A DNA stretch of 64,000 bases from an uncultured archaeon (GCA_964458565.1 CAYWJO010000006.1:1-64000); one strand, 5' to 3'; shown: positions 31,857 through 42,272, numbered from the stretch's first letter. The notes: generated from the letters alone by a model not told the origin. Translations and numbers: made by a program.

Positions 31857-34800
31857 GTGTATGTGGTAAGGTTCCGTTCAATTATATTGTTATCAGTCAT
31901 GATAGTACTGATGGTCCCCACTGTAACCATTGATGCATCTACACTCCAATCAGAGTATTCAGGACCATATGTTGACAAGATTCTGTATAAGGTGATAGAC
32001 AGTGATGATCAGCAAGTTCTCGCTCTTTTAAACAACGAAGTGGACCTCATGGGGGACTGGATGGACCCTGTCCATCGTCTTACGTTGGAAGAAGCAGAAG
32101 ATGTTGAGGTGGTTGAACACCTCCGAAATGGATATGGATACCTCACCATTAACACTGCAAAGAATCCATTCAATTATACAGCATTCAGACGAGCATTTGC
32201 CTTTGCATTAGATAAGGAAGCTGTTGCTGAATCGGTCTGGGATGGTTTGTCTGTCCCCCTAGATTCCTGTATTCCAAGGATGAATCCGTTCTCATGTGAA
32301 GGGTTACTTCCGTACACCTATTACGAGAGCAATATCGAACTGGGAAATGCGTTGCTGGATGATGCGGGTTTTCAAATAGATGGTATGACTGGTTTCAGAA
32401 CCGACCCTCATGGTAATCCATTCAGCGTAATATTGGAGTTTGCCCAACCAGGTAGTACCATAATAGAAGGAATGCAACTTGCTGCTGAAGCATTACAAGC
32501 ACTATATGTGAATGCAACCTCAGAACCAACTGATTTCTACAACTATCTAAATCGGCTATACTTCCATGGTGACTATGATATGGTTTTTCTTGGCGATGAC
32601 TTCGATAACTTTGATGTTGACTGGCTCGCTACCGAGTATTGGTCAGAAACTGTAGATGAGCCATACCATAACTTCCCAAATTGGGTAAACTCTACGTATG
32701 ATAGCTGGAGAGACCAGCTCCTCCATGCAACTGATTTCGAGGATGTCTATGAGGCAGCTTTCAAGATGCAGGAGATCTGGGTCCATGCGTGTCCGATGAT
32801 TATAATGTATCAAAACACATTGCTCTCTGCCTATAGAACTGACAAGTTTGAAGGGTATGTCAATGATGCACTACAAGGCGTAGCAGGTTGGTGGACGAAT
32901 CAGAAAATACACCTTATTGAATCAGATAGAGGGCTCTATGGGGGAACATTTCGTTGGAGTAATCCTCTTGACCTTGATACGTTTAACTTCATGGCAAGTA
33001 CTTCGTCATATACGCAAAACGTGCTCCAGATGCTCTATGACAGTCTCTTCAGGTATGATGCCCAAGGTAATATGATACCTTGGCTTGTTGAATCGTATGA
33101 CATAGAAACAAACGAAGATAATCCAAATGTAGGAGTGGGAAACACGAGATTTTCAATTGAGATAGTGAAAAATGCGACGTGGAGTGATGGTGTGCCTCTT
33201 TCTGCACAAGATGTGGCATACACGTACAATTTCTATCGGGAGGGAGAGGATAATCCATATGGAGAAGATTTGGTTGATCTACTCTCAGCATATGCTCCAA
33301 CAGACTATACATTCATTATAGAGTTTGAGGGTGAATCATATTGGCATATTTCTAAACTTGTGAAACCAATTCTTCCAAAACACTATCTTCTTGATGTCAG
33401 TCCTGAGAATTGGAGTCGATGGGTGCCCGATAATGAGGTTCCAACTCTCGTGACATCTGGACCATTCTATGTTAATGATTATGTTGCGGGTGAATATACC
33501 GAACTTGCAGTCAATGAATATTACTTCAGAAGCACAAGATGGAGAGAGGGTGATGAAAATGACGATGCTTTCAAGATTCTATCGAGTGATGGTATCACCA
33601 AGAATAATCCGATAATTATCGGAGAGATAGCACCTTATGCTGCTTCTGAAGGGCAATCAAGCTTGCAGGGAACATCCAGACAGTTTGTATCAATGGACAT
33701 GGTCGTTGCTGAAGACGAGGATATTAGCCTAACATGGACAGCCAATGACAACCATATACCTTCAGAACTATTCAGTGGAAATATTGTAGATGGAGATCAT
33801 ATCCTTGTAAATGCAAGCTATAATCCGGGCAATGCCTTGAATATGACATTAGATTTTATTTCTGGTATATATTTCAATGAGACACAATCATTAGTAATTC
33901 CGGATTCTTCCTATGACATATTCTCGGGGATGATCGATGAATCACAATATTCATGGATGACTGTCGAAGGAATCAAAGCTGGTGATATCGTTTTCATCAC
34001 TGCAAACTTCACAAATGGCGATAGCGATTTCTTGGCATGGTGGAATGATACCGATAGCTCTACCTGGAGTTACTCAAATAACCTTCTAGGATCGGATATG
34101 AGCTCAGGTGCCAAACCTGAAACCATCTATTTTCAAGCTGAAAGAGACGGAACTCTAAGAGTTGCCTGCTTCTGCTATGACCTCGAACCAGGATTCTGGA
34201 CATTGGTTGTGGATACGCAGTCTATAGTTTCAGTAGAAAACGAAGGTAGTTGGGTAACCTTCGACACGTACGAGTTTGAGAAAAACGTGACTGTCGCTCT
34301 TAGGGTCTCTGGATATAATGAAACTGAACATTATTTCGAAACAGAGTATGATTCCATCAGATTCAACAATTTCTTTGCTCCCGTGGTCGATCTGATTAGC
34401 CCATGGGGAGGGGAAATAGTAAGTGGCATTAAACTGATTCTCTGGGAGGCCACATCAAGAAACATTAATCATGATTTTACACATGAAATATTGATATCAA
34501 ATGACGGGGGACAGAGTTACCAACTTTTTGCGACAGGACTTGTAATAGAAAACAGAGTATGGTATGCTGATAACTGGAAGTTCTCGAATCAGTACATGTT
34601 GATGGTACGAACATATGATAGAGGGATGGTTGGAATAGACGTGACCAATACAACATTCTCTGCTGGAAATCCGGACCTCATTGATACTGAAGCACCTTGC
34701 ATTATTGGAATAGACCAAATGGTAATGGAATATGGGTCAGTCAATAACACACTCGTATGGTTGGTCATTGATTTACATCCTGGTTGGTTCTCAGTTTATG

Positions 34801-35186
34801 TAAATGAACAGTTACAAGTTGCAGCAAATCTATCGTATACTAGAAGTGTATTTGTGGTCAATTGTGACGATTTCGAGGTAGGTGTACACAATGTATTCCT
34901 ATCAGTCGTAGATGAATACGGAAATGCAGCTTCATCATCAGTATGGGTTGGAGTTTTAGGACCTACTTCAACCACTCAAACCTCATGGGAACCAACATCC
35001 ACCACTTCAACCACAACAGTACCGACTTCATCCTCGGTAACAACATCTTACACTACTCATGACACAACAACTCCCACAGGCTTCTGGGAAGGTCTCACCC
35101 AAATGATACTATTAGCAATAACATTTGGTTCTGTAACTATAATTATCGTGTTCTCAGTTCTCATTATCAAAAATAGAAAGAGCTAG
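31857..35186 (+). CDS. Family-5 (Opp/Dpp-like) solute-binding protein, circularly permuted, with extra beta domains, a Thr-rich linker and a TM anchor
   Basis: RRAFAFALD, GGTF...LDTFN, WSDGVPLSAQDV, SGPFY; C-terminal T/S-rich stretch followed by TM. Confidence 0.85.
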   Translation: MYVVRFRSIILLSVMIVLMVPTVTIDASTLQSEYSGPYVDKILYKVIDSDDQQVLALLNNEVDLMGDWMDPVHRLTLEEAEDVEVVEHLRNGYGYLTINTAKNPFNYTAFRRAFAFALDKEAVAESVWDGLSVPLDSCIPRMNPFSCEGLLPYTYYESNIELGNALLDDAGFQIDGMTGFRTDPHGNPFSVILEFAQPGSTIIEGMQLAAEALQALYVNATSEPTDFYNYLNRLYFHGDYDMVFLGDDFDNFDVDWLATEYWSETVDEPYHNFPNWVNSTYDSWRDQLLHATDFEDVYEAAFKMQEIWVHACPMIIMYQNTLLSAYRTDKFEGYVNDALQGVAGWWTNQKIHLIESDRGLYGGTFRWSNPLDLDTFNFMASTSSYTQNVLQMLYDSLFRYDAQGNMIPWLVESYDIETNEDNPNVGVGNTRFSIEIVKNATWSDGVPLSAQDVAYTYNFYREGEDNPYGEDLVDLLSAYAPTDYTFIIEFEGESYWHISKLVKPILPKHYLLDVSPENWSRWVPDNEVPTLVTSGPFYVNDYVAGEYTELAVNEYYFRSTRWREGDENDDAFKILSSDGITKNNPIIIGEIAPYAASEGQSSLQGTSRQFVSMDMVVAEDEDISLTWTANDNHIPSELFSGNIVDGDHILVNASYNPGNALNMTLDFISGIYFNETQSLVIPDSSYDIFSGMIDESQYSWMTVEGIKAGDIVFITANFTNGDSDFLAWWNDTDSSTWSYSNNLLGSDMSSGAKPETIYFQAERDGTLRVACFCYDLEPGFWTLVVDTQSIVSVENEGSWVTFDTYEFEKNVTVALRVSGYNETEHYFETEYDSIRFNNFFAPVVDLISPWGGEIVSGIKLILWEATSRNINHDFTHEILISNDGGQSYQLFATGLVIENRVWYADNWKFSNQYMLMVRTYDRGMVGIDVTNTTFSAGNPDLIDTEAPCIIGIDQMVMEYGSVNNTLVWLVIDLHPGWFSVYVNEQLQVAANLSYTRSVFVVNCDDFEVGVHNVFLSVVDEYGNAASSSVWVGVLGPTSTTQTSWEPTSTTSTTTVPTSSSVTTSYTTHDTTTPTGFWEGLTQMILLAITFGSVTIIIVFSVLIIKNRKS

Positions 35187-35427
35187 AATCGAATGTGATA
35201 ATATAAATTTAAGGGATTTTATTCGAAGACGTGTTGTTTTCAGGAATTGCGACAGGGAGCTTGATACACCGATTAATCAGGAGGCATAGTCACAATCAGA
35301 TATGCACAATATGAAAGCCTATTATAGCAGTTTATCTATACTTAAGAGAACAAATCAGACCAATGGGTGCTCACCCTTTTTATAATTGCACAAACTTGGA
35401 CTGAGATTGTTCGAAGGTGTTCAACAA

Positions 35428-35679
35428 ATGAGAAGAGGCAGTTTGAAGGGTTTCGAGGGGTCTATCACAAGAGTTGTCAAAACAAAAGGATCGCATAGGG
35501 AGTATTTCATAAAGGGAGAGCCAGATACATCGTTCAAGGATGCATTAATCGAGTCATGGCCGTTCATTGATCACAATGACGATGAGAAATGGAAGATTGT
35601 CACTCCATCAGGGGAAGACATCACTGAAAAGACTCTCTCTAGCCACGAAGGGACAGTTATCGTCGAATTTCTCAAGTGA
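35428..35679 (+). CDS. Small hypothetical protein, possible beta-grasp (ubiquitin-like) fold
   Basis: 83 aa; KGEPDTSFKDAL...WKIVTPSGEDITEKTLSSH pattern. Confidence 0.55.
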   Translation: MRRGSLKGFEGSITRVVKTKGSHREYFIKGEPDTSFKDALIESWPFIDHNDDEKWKIVTPSGEDITEKTLSSHEGTVIVEFLK

Positions 35680-35740
35680 CAGTCATTTATAGATTGTCAA
35701 TGATACCAGCTATGCCATTCGGTCGAAAATACCGATGCAT

Positions 35741-36637
35741 CTAATCAGCATACTTTGCAATTCCGTTTGTTAGGACTGATTGACCCGCAGGATTCTTGGT
35801 TTCAAATCGAATCACGTGTTGTCCGTTTTCATCAGTTGCAGCATCATAGACCACGGTAGTAAGCGCCTCTCCCATTAGCACAGGTTTAGAGAAGCGAACC
35901 TTTATGTATCGAAGTCTTTTTGGGTCTCCATCTAGTAGCTCATCCACAATTGTCTGTGATGCAAAAGCCATCGTACAGAGACCATGAAGTATTGAGCTAG
36001 GTAGTCCGACGAATCGGGCTATATCATCGTCGATGTGAATTGGATTGTAATCACCTGAAGCTTCTGCGTATATCTTACCTTGATCAGCCGAAACGATGAT
36101 TGTACGTTCGGCAATTTTCTCGCCATATGATTGGGTTTTCTGCTTCAGTTTTTGCACTTTCTCGTCCTTCTTGACCCCCCTCATCATCAAACGATATTGC
36201 ATCTCAACAAGGGTAACTCCTTCATGTTTACACTCTATATGTAAATCCAATAGCTCATTCACACCACGTTGTTCCATGTTTACAATCTTCGTAGTGGTGA
36301 TAACCTCAGCCCCAGGAAGAATCCTACCCTTCCACCACATCTCCTGTTCTGCATGGACCACACGCAAGAGGTCAAGATTCATATCTTCCGCTTCTTCAGC
36401 GAGTTTGTCAATGATTTCGCGAATAAAGACCACAGGATATAGAGGAGAATGTGACACACCTTCAGGAGATTCTGTGTCATAGTAAAGTGGATTGGTTTCA
36501 TTGGTTGCTCTCGCATATTTAATCATAGACTCTTCTGTTGCAATTTGAACACCACTCGAATATTCCTTACCAATGTAGCTCCTATCTAATTTGGATTCCA
36601 ATCTCAAACCTCCGAAGTACCGAAGTCGGAAATTCAA
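35741..36637 (-). CDS. Double hot-dog MaoC-type (R)-enoyl-CoA hydratase
   Basis: YARATNETNPLY, VVHAEQE, YAEASGDYNPIHID, ILHGLCTMA, VRFSKPV. Confidence 0.9.
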   Translation of the reverse strand: MNFRLRYFGGLRLESKLDRSYIGKEYSSGVQIATEESMIKYARATNETNPLYYDTESPEGVSHSPLYPVVFIREIIDKLAEEAEDMNLDLLRVVHAEQEMWWKGRILPGAEVITTTKIVNMEQRGVNELLDLHIECKHEGVTLVEMQYRLMMRGVKKDEKVQKLKQKTQSYGEKIAERTIIVSADQGKIYAEASGDYNPIHIDDDIARFVGLPSSILHGLCTMAFASQTIVDELLDGDPKRLRYIKVRFSKPVLMGEALTTVVYDAATDENGQHVIRFETKNPAGQSVLTNGIAKYAD

Positions 36638-36747
36638 TTTAACAAGTTTCCATTCTCATACACCTAATCAGTCTATGGGAGCTAAATTATGAACTAAGTC
36701 TATGGAATGGAAACCACTCAGAACTGTTATTATCCAGTTTAATCTAT

Positions 36748-37098
36748 ATGAAAAACAGCGAGGTATTGAAAGTGAGTATTCATGACAAGTACGAGGAAGA
36801 GATGCGAAAAATATGTGAAGAATATTACAAATTGGATAAAGAGAGAGATGCTCTTGAAGAGCAGTTAGAGCATTTGCATGAATATATGGAGATTACCATG
36901 CGTAAATATGACAAGGATGAGTTTGATGATCCCGAAGTCCCTGTCAAAGTGACTAGACTCTCATATACCAGTGAACGAATGAAGAGTGGTGGAAAGGATA
37001 AACTGAAGGAAATCTTGACACAGGAACAATGGTCGGAAATTTATGAGGAGCCTGAGGAGATAGAGCGTATCAGAGTGACTCCACGTAAGATGAAATGA
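36748..37098 (+). CDS. Hypothetical acidic protein with an N-terminal coiled coil
   Basis: Clean ORF with protein-like composition. Confidence 0.65.
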   Translation: MKNSEVLKVSIHDKYEEEMRKICEEYYKLDKERDALEEQLEHLHEYMEITMRKYDKDEFDDPEVPVKVTRLSYTSERMKSGGKDKLKEILTQEQWSEIYEEPEEIERIRVTPRKMK

Positions 37099-37282
37099 TA
37101 TTTCATTACTCGTGAGGTCAGACACTAAGAGGGGAGATGCTGTCACCGGATATATGCATTTTGTGTTTGTTTTCGTTTGCAATTATCAGTCCTAGTGGTA
37201 GTGCTATAATTAATCACAAACTGTCATTCATAGAGCGTGTATGCAGTGATTTCCGAAATGGAAATTTCCAGAATGAACCATT

Positions 37283-37735
37283 CTATTGTATTCCAGACCA
37301 GATTCTATATACCTCCGCCCAGAAGAAGACCACTGAGATTGATCCGATGGTCAGCGCAAAGAGACTATGTATACTATAATCGAATCCAACAAATGTAGCA
37401 TAGAATAGCAACAAGCTTGTAACAATAATTGCGTATACAAATACTCTAGGAATTACCTTAAACCTAACAAAGAGAAAATTGTCGAGAAACCCAAGGTCCG
37501 CGTTAGGGTTCACCTGATATTCACCTGTAGATGTCTTCTCAACTAGATAGTGGTCTTGTAGTTTCTCTAGGTGGTAAAGTGCTACGGTATGACTACTCAT
37601 ACCAAGGCGACGCGCAATTTCCCTTGGTCCAAGAGGTTCTCTAACGGCTAAGAGCTTCATGAGGACTTTCCATGTTGCAGGACCGAGCTCAAAAATGAGA
37701 GGCAGCTCGATATCATCTTCATTCAGAATCATCAA
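37283..37735 (-). CDS. Membrane-tethered winged-HTH regulator, copy B
   Basis: GPREIARRLGMSSHTVALYHLEKL; shares ADxGFLDNFLF, IPR and WAEVYRIW with 26524-26973. Confidence 0.8.
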   Translation of the reverse strand: MMILNEDDIELPLIFELGPATWKVLMKLLAVREPLGPREIARRLGMSSHTVALYHLEKLQDHYLVEKTSTGEYQVNPNADLGFLDNFLFVRFKVIPRVFVYAIIVTSLLLFYATFVGFDYSIHSLFALTIGSISVVFFWAEVYRIWSGIQ

Positions 37736-39566
37736 CCTCTGTCTGCGATAACCTTTCTGTCTTATATGATTTATATCTTAAGAACAATACTTCAAGAACT
37801 ATCACTACAAATGCCAAAAATGCAAGATGCGCCCCAATTTCTGCATTTTGGTTATATGGACCAAAAAACATCAAACCGATTCCACCGATAAAACCCAATA
37901 TTCCTGGAATCGCAGGTGGTAGCAGAGTCTTCAAGTTCAAATCCAGAGACTCATCAAAGAGAACCTGTTTTAAAATGAAAAAGAAAGGTATCCAAAAAAT
38001 CATAATAATCCAAAGAAGAGTGCTGATGTCCGGGATGAGGTGCACCAAAGTTATCCCTGGTATATGAGTGACATACTCTAACCCTAACGCAGGTGTATAG
38101 CTTCTGACGGTGGGATTCTGACCAATGTAAGTGAAAGAGAAACCAAAGCTAGATTGCCAAGGGAGAATATAGCTTGCAAGCAGGAGAGATAGCGAGAGGG
38201 TCCTTCGATTAGTAACCAAAGCCCGCAATGGGATTGGGGACATAGCATGCCGCAGACTAATGATAGATATGACCACTAATCCAATTATAATGACTAGTAT
38301 CAGTAACTGAACTAAATCAAGGCCATAACCAAAGACAAGGAAGATTGGAAAGGTAATCGTTAGCTCGAGATGATTCGTCAACCCGATTTCAAATTCTGAA
38401 CTGAATCTCGGATTTGAGAGACCATTGATCCGTACGGTCACTGAGAATGAGCTCATCCCAGAGGGTAAGATTAGATATGAGGAAAATTCAGTCAGGAAGA
38501 GAATGGAACCAAGATACGAATAGTAAGATGTTTCTGGAAACTTATAGTAGAGGTCAAGTATGATTTGGGTGTTCAAATTCACATCGACATAGAGACGAAC
38601 AATGTCCATCCTGATTTCTACGTACACCTCAGAATCAGGCGTTATATTCAAAATGAAGTCACCCTCTCTCGGATACTCCGCAGAGATATACCATCCATAT
38701 GTTGCAGCATATTCCCCGGGTGGTAAGAAAATGGTTTCATTGATTGTGGAAGGTAAGATGTACGAAGGCTCAGAGTGTGAATCTGAAGTAATATTGACAT
38801 ATGGCGTAAAGATAGACCGTCCATCTAATCTTCCAAAAAATGTGGCATTCTCAGCATCCTTGAAATTGAGTTTCGTTGGAATCAATAATTCAGGAGATAA
38901 AGCCTCCACTCTTGCATCTCTGATTTGTACTATACCAATTTCAGGAAATTGAAGTATTATCTCAAATTTGACATATACAATCCATTCTTGTGTGATTCCC
39001 TTATAATAATCCAAGGGAACTTCAAAATTGAAGATCCCATCATTATCACCCCATGTGATAATCTCCTCTATCTCTGTAAGTGGATTCCAACCCTCTTCAA
39101 ACACCAACCGAATCCCAACTCTGATGGGACCATTAACAGGTCGAACTATGAAAGAGAAATTGACCGTATCATAGTCATCAATCAATATGTTCAGATATCG
39201 ATACATCCTAAAGTCGATATTAGAACCTGACAACTGTATACCATTTGTGCCATTTTCAAAAAGGATTGCGCCTTCCTCATTGTACTTGTTTTGAGAATAG
39301 CGCCATCCAGATGTCATAGAGAAATCATTCGTTCTCAAGAGATTGAATACTGGAGAAATTGTGTAATTCTCATGGAGTATATCAACTCCAGAAGTACCGG
39401 TGATTTCTGCACCTTGATCTACACTGATTGCTTCATAGCTATATCCAGGTGCAACGATCAGGATAACGGATCCAATAACCATGGAGATTATAATTCCAAT
39501 AATTACTCGTTGAACTAATATCTTACGAAACTTTTTTTGATGGGATGAATGTTCTGCGTCGATCAT
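37719..39566 (-). CDS. Membrane protein with a large extracellular region and C-terminal multi-TM domain; copy B
   Basis: NETIFLPPGEYAATYGW vs NDTFYLPLGEYNGTAGW in copy A; same topology. Confidence 0.75.
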   Translation of the reverse strand: MIDAEHSSHQKKFRKILVQRVIIGIIISMVIGSVILIVAPGYSYEAISVDQGAEITGTSGVDILHENYTISPVFNLLRTNDFSMTSGWRYSQNKYNEEGAILFENGTNGIQLSGSNIDFRMYRYLNILIDDYDTVNFSFIVRPVNGPIRVGIRLVFEEGWNPLTEIEEIITWGDNDGIFNFEVPLDYYKGITQEWIVYVKFEIILQFPEIGIVQIRDARVEALSPELLIPTKLNFKDAENATFFGRLDGRSIFTPYVNITSDSHSEPSYILPSTINETIFLPPGEYAATYGWYISAEYPREGDFILNITPDSEVYVEIRMDIVRLYVDVNLNTQIILDLYYKFPETSYYSYLGSILFLTEFSSYLILPSGMSSFSVTVRINGLSNPRFSSEFEIGLTNHLELTITFPIFLVFGYGLDLVQLLILVIIIGLVVISIISLRHAMSPIPLRALVTNRRTLSLSLLLASYILPWQSSFGFSFTYIGQNPTVRSYTPALGLEYVTHIPGITLVHLIPDISTLLWIIMIFWIPFFFILKQVLFDESLDLNLKTLLPPAIPGILGFIGGIGLMFFGPYNQNAEIGAHLAFLAFVVIVLEVLFLRYKSYKTERLSQTEVDDSE

Positions 39567-39699
39567 TTATGTTCATGCTAGTAATAGATGAAAATCGTCT
39601 TTAGTCTAGAGTTTAGACCACCTATCATCATCGAAACTTCTTGTTCTATTCTGTAGTATTATATCCAAATTCGTGTAATTTGATAGCGGAGAACTAAGA

Positions 39700-40248
39700 T
39701 TGAATCAGAAACTCGCTGCATTAGTGCTTATTGTCATATCATTAACTGGTATAGGAGCATTCTCCTTTATTGCACTTAATGCAAATTCACAACAAATCCC
39801 ACCCCCATTTGTACCTTCCACCTACGATATTGAACCAGTATCATCTGGAGCCCTGATTCTTTCAGCTGAAGCAATATTCTGGCTGGATTTCATGCCATCT
39901 GTTCCTGAAGAAGGTCCTCCGTTTTATGTTGTCATAAAAATCAACATTACTAACACAGGTAGCTCGATTATTGGTAATTTCAGCGCACCTCGTACAACAC
40001 TCTATTACAATGGTACTCTAACAGCTTTTGCTACACTCGAACTAGAATCTGCAGTGCAATACTTCAAAGCTGTTGAGGTTGGACCTGGTGAAAGCTTTGT
40101 CATGGAGTTCATAAATGAGAGAAGTACGATTTTCTCACCGTCAGTAGATGAGGGAACGGGGCTGTACGCTAGAATTTTCTTCGTTTGGGAAAATGTGAAT
40201 GGGGTAATCCTAACTTCACCACCTGCAGCTGTAGGTTACACATACTAG
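39700..40248 (+). CDS. Hypothetical N-terminally anchored extracellular Ig-like protein
   Basis: Signal anchor; WLDFMP; INITNTG. Confidence 0.65.
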   Translation: MNQKLAALVLIVISLTGIGAFSFIALNANSQQIPPPFVPSTYDIEPVSSGALILSAEAIFWLDFMPSVPEEGPPFYVVIKINITNTGSSIIGNFSAPRTTLYYNGTLTAFATLELESAVQYFKAVEVGPGESFVMEFINERSTIFSPSVDEGTGLYARIFFVWENVNGVILTSPPAAVGYTY

Positions 40249-40307
40249 CAGTTTCAGAGTACGGACATGTTTGAAATTCTTATGAAAAATTCAATCAATA
40301 TTTGACA

Positions 40308-40901
40308 TTAATAGTACGATATTACGCGCTTAACACGTTTAGCAATGAGAGGATTCAATCTTAGAATTTCATCTATATAATTCGAATCGCGGATATTGAG
40401 AATAACTGTATCCAGACTAGGAGAAATATCCACTACTGAGATCGCACGCTCCAACGGAGTTGGTCCTGATGCATAATAGGTCCCAATACCAATGAAAATC
40501 ACGATACCCAACAATAGAAAGGCATTCGAATCGAGAGGAGTATAGGCAGCATAGCCGAGTATTATCCAAATGCAGATTACAACAGCCAGTAAGACCATCA
40601 AACCACTACAGAGAGCTAAAGGGCCCCGATAGCGTGCTGCTTCCTCAAATGTGATACCATGTTCATCACAGGTTGGAACAAAGAATCGGGATATTGAACC
40701 AAGACGAGGCATCAATCTAGGAGAAGAATGAGCACCATAAGGACCAATCCTTACATCCTGAGCCATAGCCTTATGTCGCTCCAGTTGTGAGATTGCAGGA
40801 ATTGCTCCTTCTGTTGTCACTGGGGCGCCGCAAACAGGACAAAATGAAGGAAATATCACCGTACCGTGTTCAAACTTGATTAGCTGTCCTACACGAAGCA
40901 T
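40308..40901 (-). CDS. Hypothetical two-TM membrane protein with a putative C3H zinc site
   Basis: FPSFCPVCG...VPTCDEH followed by two TM helices. Confidence 0.65.
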   Translation of the reverse strand: MLRVGQLIKFEHGTVIFPSFCPVCGAPVTTEGAIPAISQLERHKAMAQDVRIGPYGAHSSPRLMPRLGSISRFFVPTCDEHGITFEEAARYRGPLALCSGLMVLLAVVICIWIILGYAAYTPLDSNAFLLLGIVIFIGIGTYYASGPTPLERAISVVDISPSLDTVILNIRDSNYIDEILRLNPLIAKRVKRVISYY

Positions 40902-41131
40902 GTGGCTATCTCCAAGATTGTTCTTTGTCGCTATTAGTAAGTAGGTTGTAGTATCTGCATCAATTAGCAGAAGAGCCAAGTTCCTATAAAATATGAGGTT
41001 CGTATTGGAATCCTCCGCTGGACCTCCACCTTACTGAGCCTCCAGTTCGATATAAGGCCAAACAATATAGTTGTACTAGATAGCAAAGTTAATCGGCATA
41101 ATGATTCATAGTGATATACGGTGACGTGAAG

Positions 41132-41374
41132 ATGATGAATCGTTTTCAAGACCTCATGCGTAACAAGTCGGTGGTCCGGATTATTGTGGACACTGTCGTC
41201 GATAAGGCATATGTACAGATAATTGAAGGAACCATAACTCAAGTAGGTAATAGTTACCTTGAGATTGAGAGAGATGCCACACCTGATGAAAAATCTCGAC
41301 ATAAGGGGGAGAGAGTGAAGGTCCTCGTTCCATTCTCGAGGATTAGCGAAACCATTTGTTATGGCCATTGTTAA
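41132..41374 (+). CDS. Small protein, possible Sm/Hfq-like fold
   Basis: Helix followed by VRI...IEGTITQVGNSYLEI...VLVPFSRISET. Confidence 0.55.
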   Translation: MMNRFQDLMRNKSVVRIIVDTVVDKAYVQIIEGTITQVGNSYLEIERDATPDEKSRHKGERVKVLVPFSRISETICYGHC

Positions 41375-41418
41375 ACCTTCAATGCTTCAAATATGAAAGA
41401 TTTAAGAACTGAAGACAG

Positions 41419-42246
41419 GTGAGAGTGCCAACTGGATATGGTTCGGAAATAGCAAACCAGATATTAATTCACAGATTAATGGTCGTGAATAGCGTGGTGT
41501 TAAATGAGAATCCTGATCAACTTGAGCCCTTTGAAACTAAAGCACTGAGCAAGATTATTGCAATCGGTACAATGATAGCAGCACTCTATGCAGTTTTGGT
41601 TTTCCTACCTATATCAGCATTCATTGGTGCCGGAAGTATCCTCAGCGCTGCAATATTCATCGCCCCGCTATTTGGAATCCTTCTTGGACCAAGGTATGGA
41701 GCGATTTTCGGGTTGATTGCAGGCCTTATTGCAACTGTATTTTCTGCACAAATCGGAGGCCTCTATCTCGCTCTTCCACCAATTATTTTTGGACCTGCAA
41801 TATCAGGGTTCCTAACAGGTCTCTGCTTGGAGCGAACAACTACTCTAGGTTCATTAAAAATTCCAGGACCTATGATAGCTGGGTTCTATCTCGTTTTAGT
41901 TGTCATACTGTACCTAATCCCTAACTATAGTGGGTGGTGGTTCATTATTCCTTATGCACTTGCAGCGGTAATTGCATTTGGTCTACAGATATTTGCGGTA
42001 GATATTACCTCCACGTCTAAAATGAAAGCAACCACAGGAATAGTGTTACTGGCAATAATTGGTACTATGACTGACTTCTCCATGATGACCATGGCTTCGG
42101 TATATCAGCTTCAACTGGATGCATACACATTCGGTGTCGTTATCTTTCCAATTATGCTAATCGAGAGAACCGCTGCGGTTATCATTAGCTCCATCATAAT
42201 TGGGGTTTTGTTAGCTGCTTTCAAAGATGAATTACCAATCAGATAA
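41419..42246 (+). CDS. ECF-transporter S-component-like membrane protein (true start probably further downstream)
   Basis: AALY, APLFGILLGPRYGA..GLIAG, ER motif in the last TM. Confidence 0.65.
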   Translation: MRVPTGYGSEIANQILIHRLMVVNSVVLNENPDQLEPFETKALSKIIAIGTMIAALYAVLVFLPISAFIGAGSILSAAIFIAPLFGILLGPRYGAIFGLIAGLIATVFSAQIGGLYLALPPIIFGPAISGFLTGLCLERTTTLGSLKIPGPMIAGFYLVLVVILYLIPNYSGWWFIIPYALAAVIAFGLQIFAVDITSTSKMKATTGIVLLAIIGTMTDFSMMTMASVYQLQLDAYTFGVVIFPIMLIERTAAVIISSIIIGVLLAAFKDELPIR

Positions 42247-42272
42247 GAAAACAGTGTATGAATAAAAAGAAT

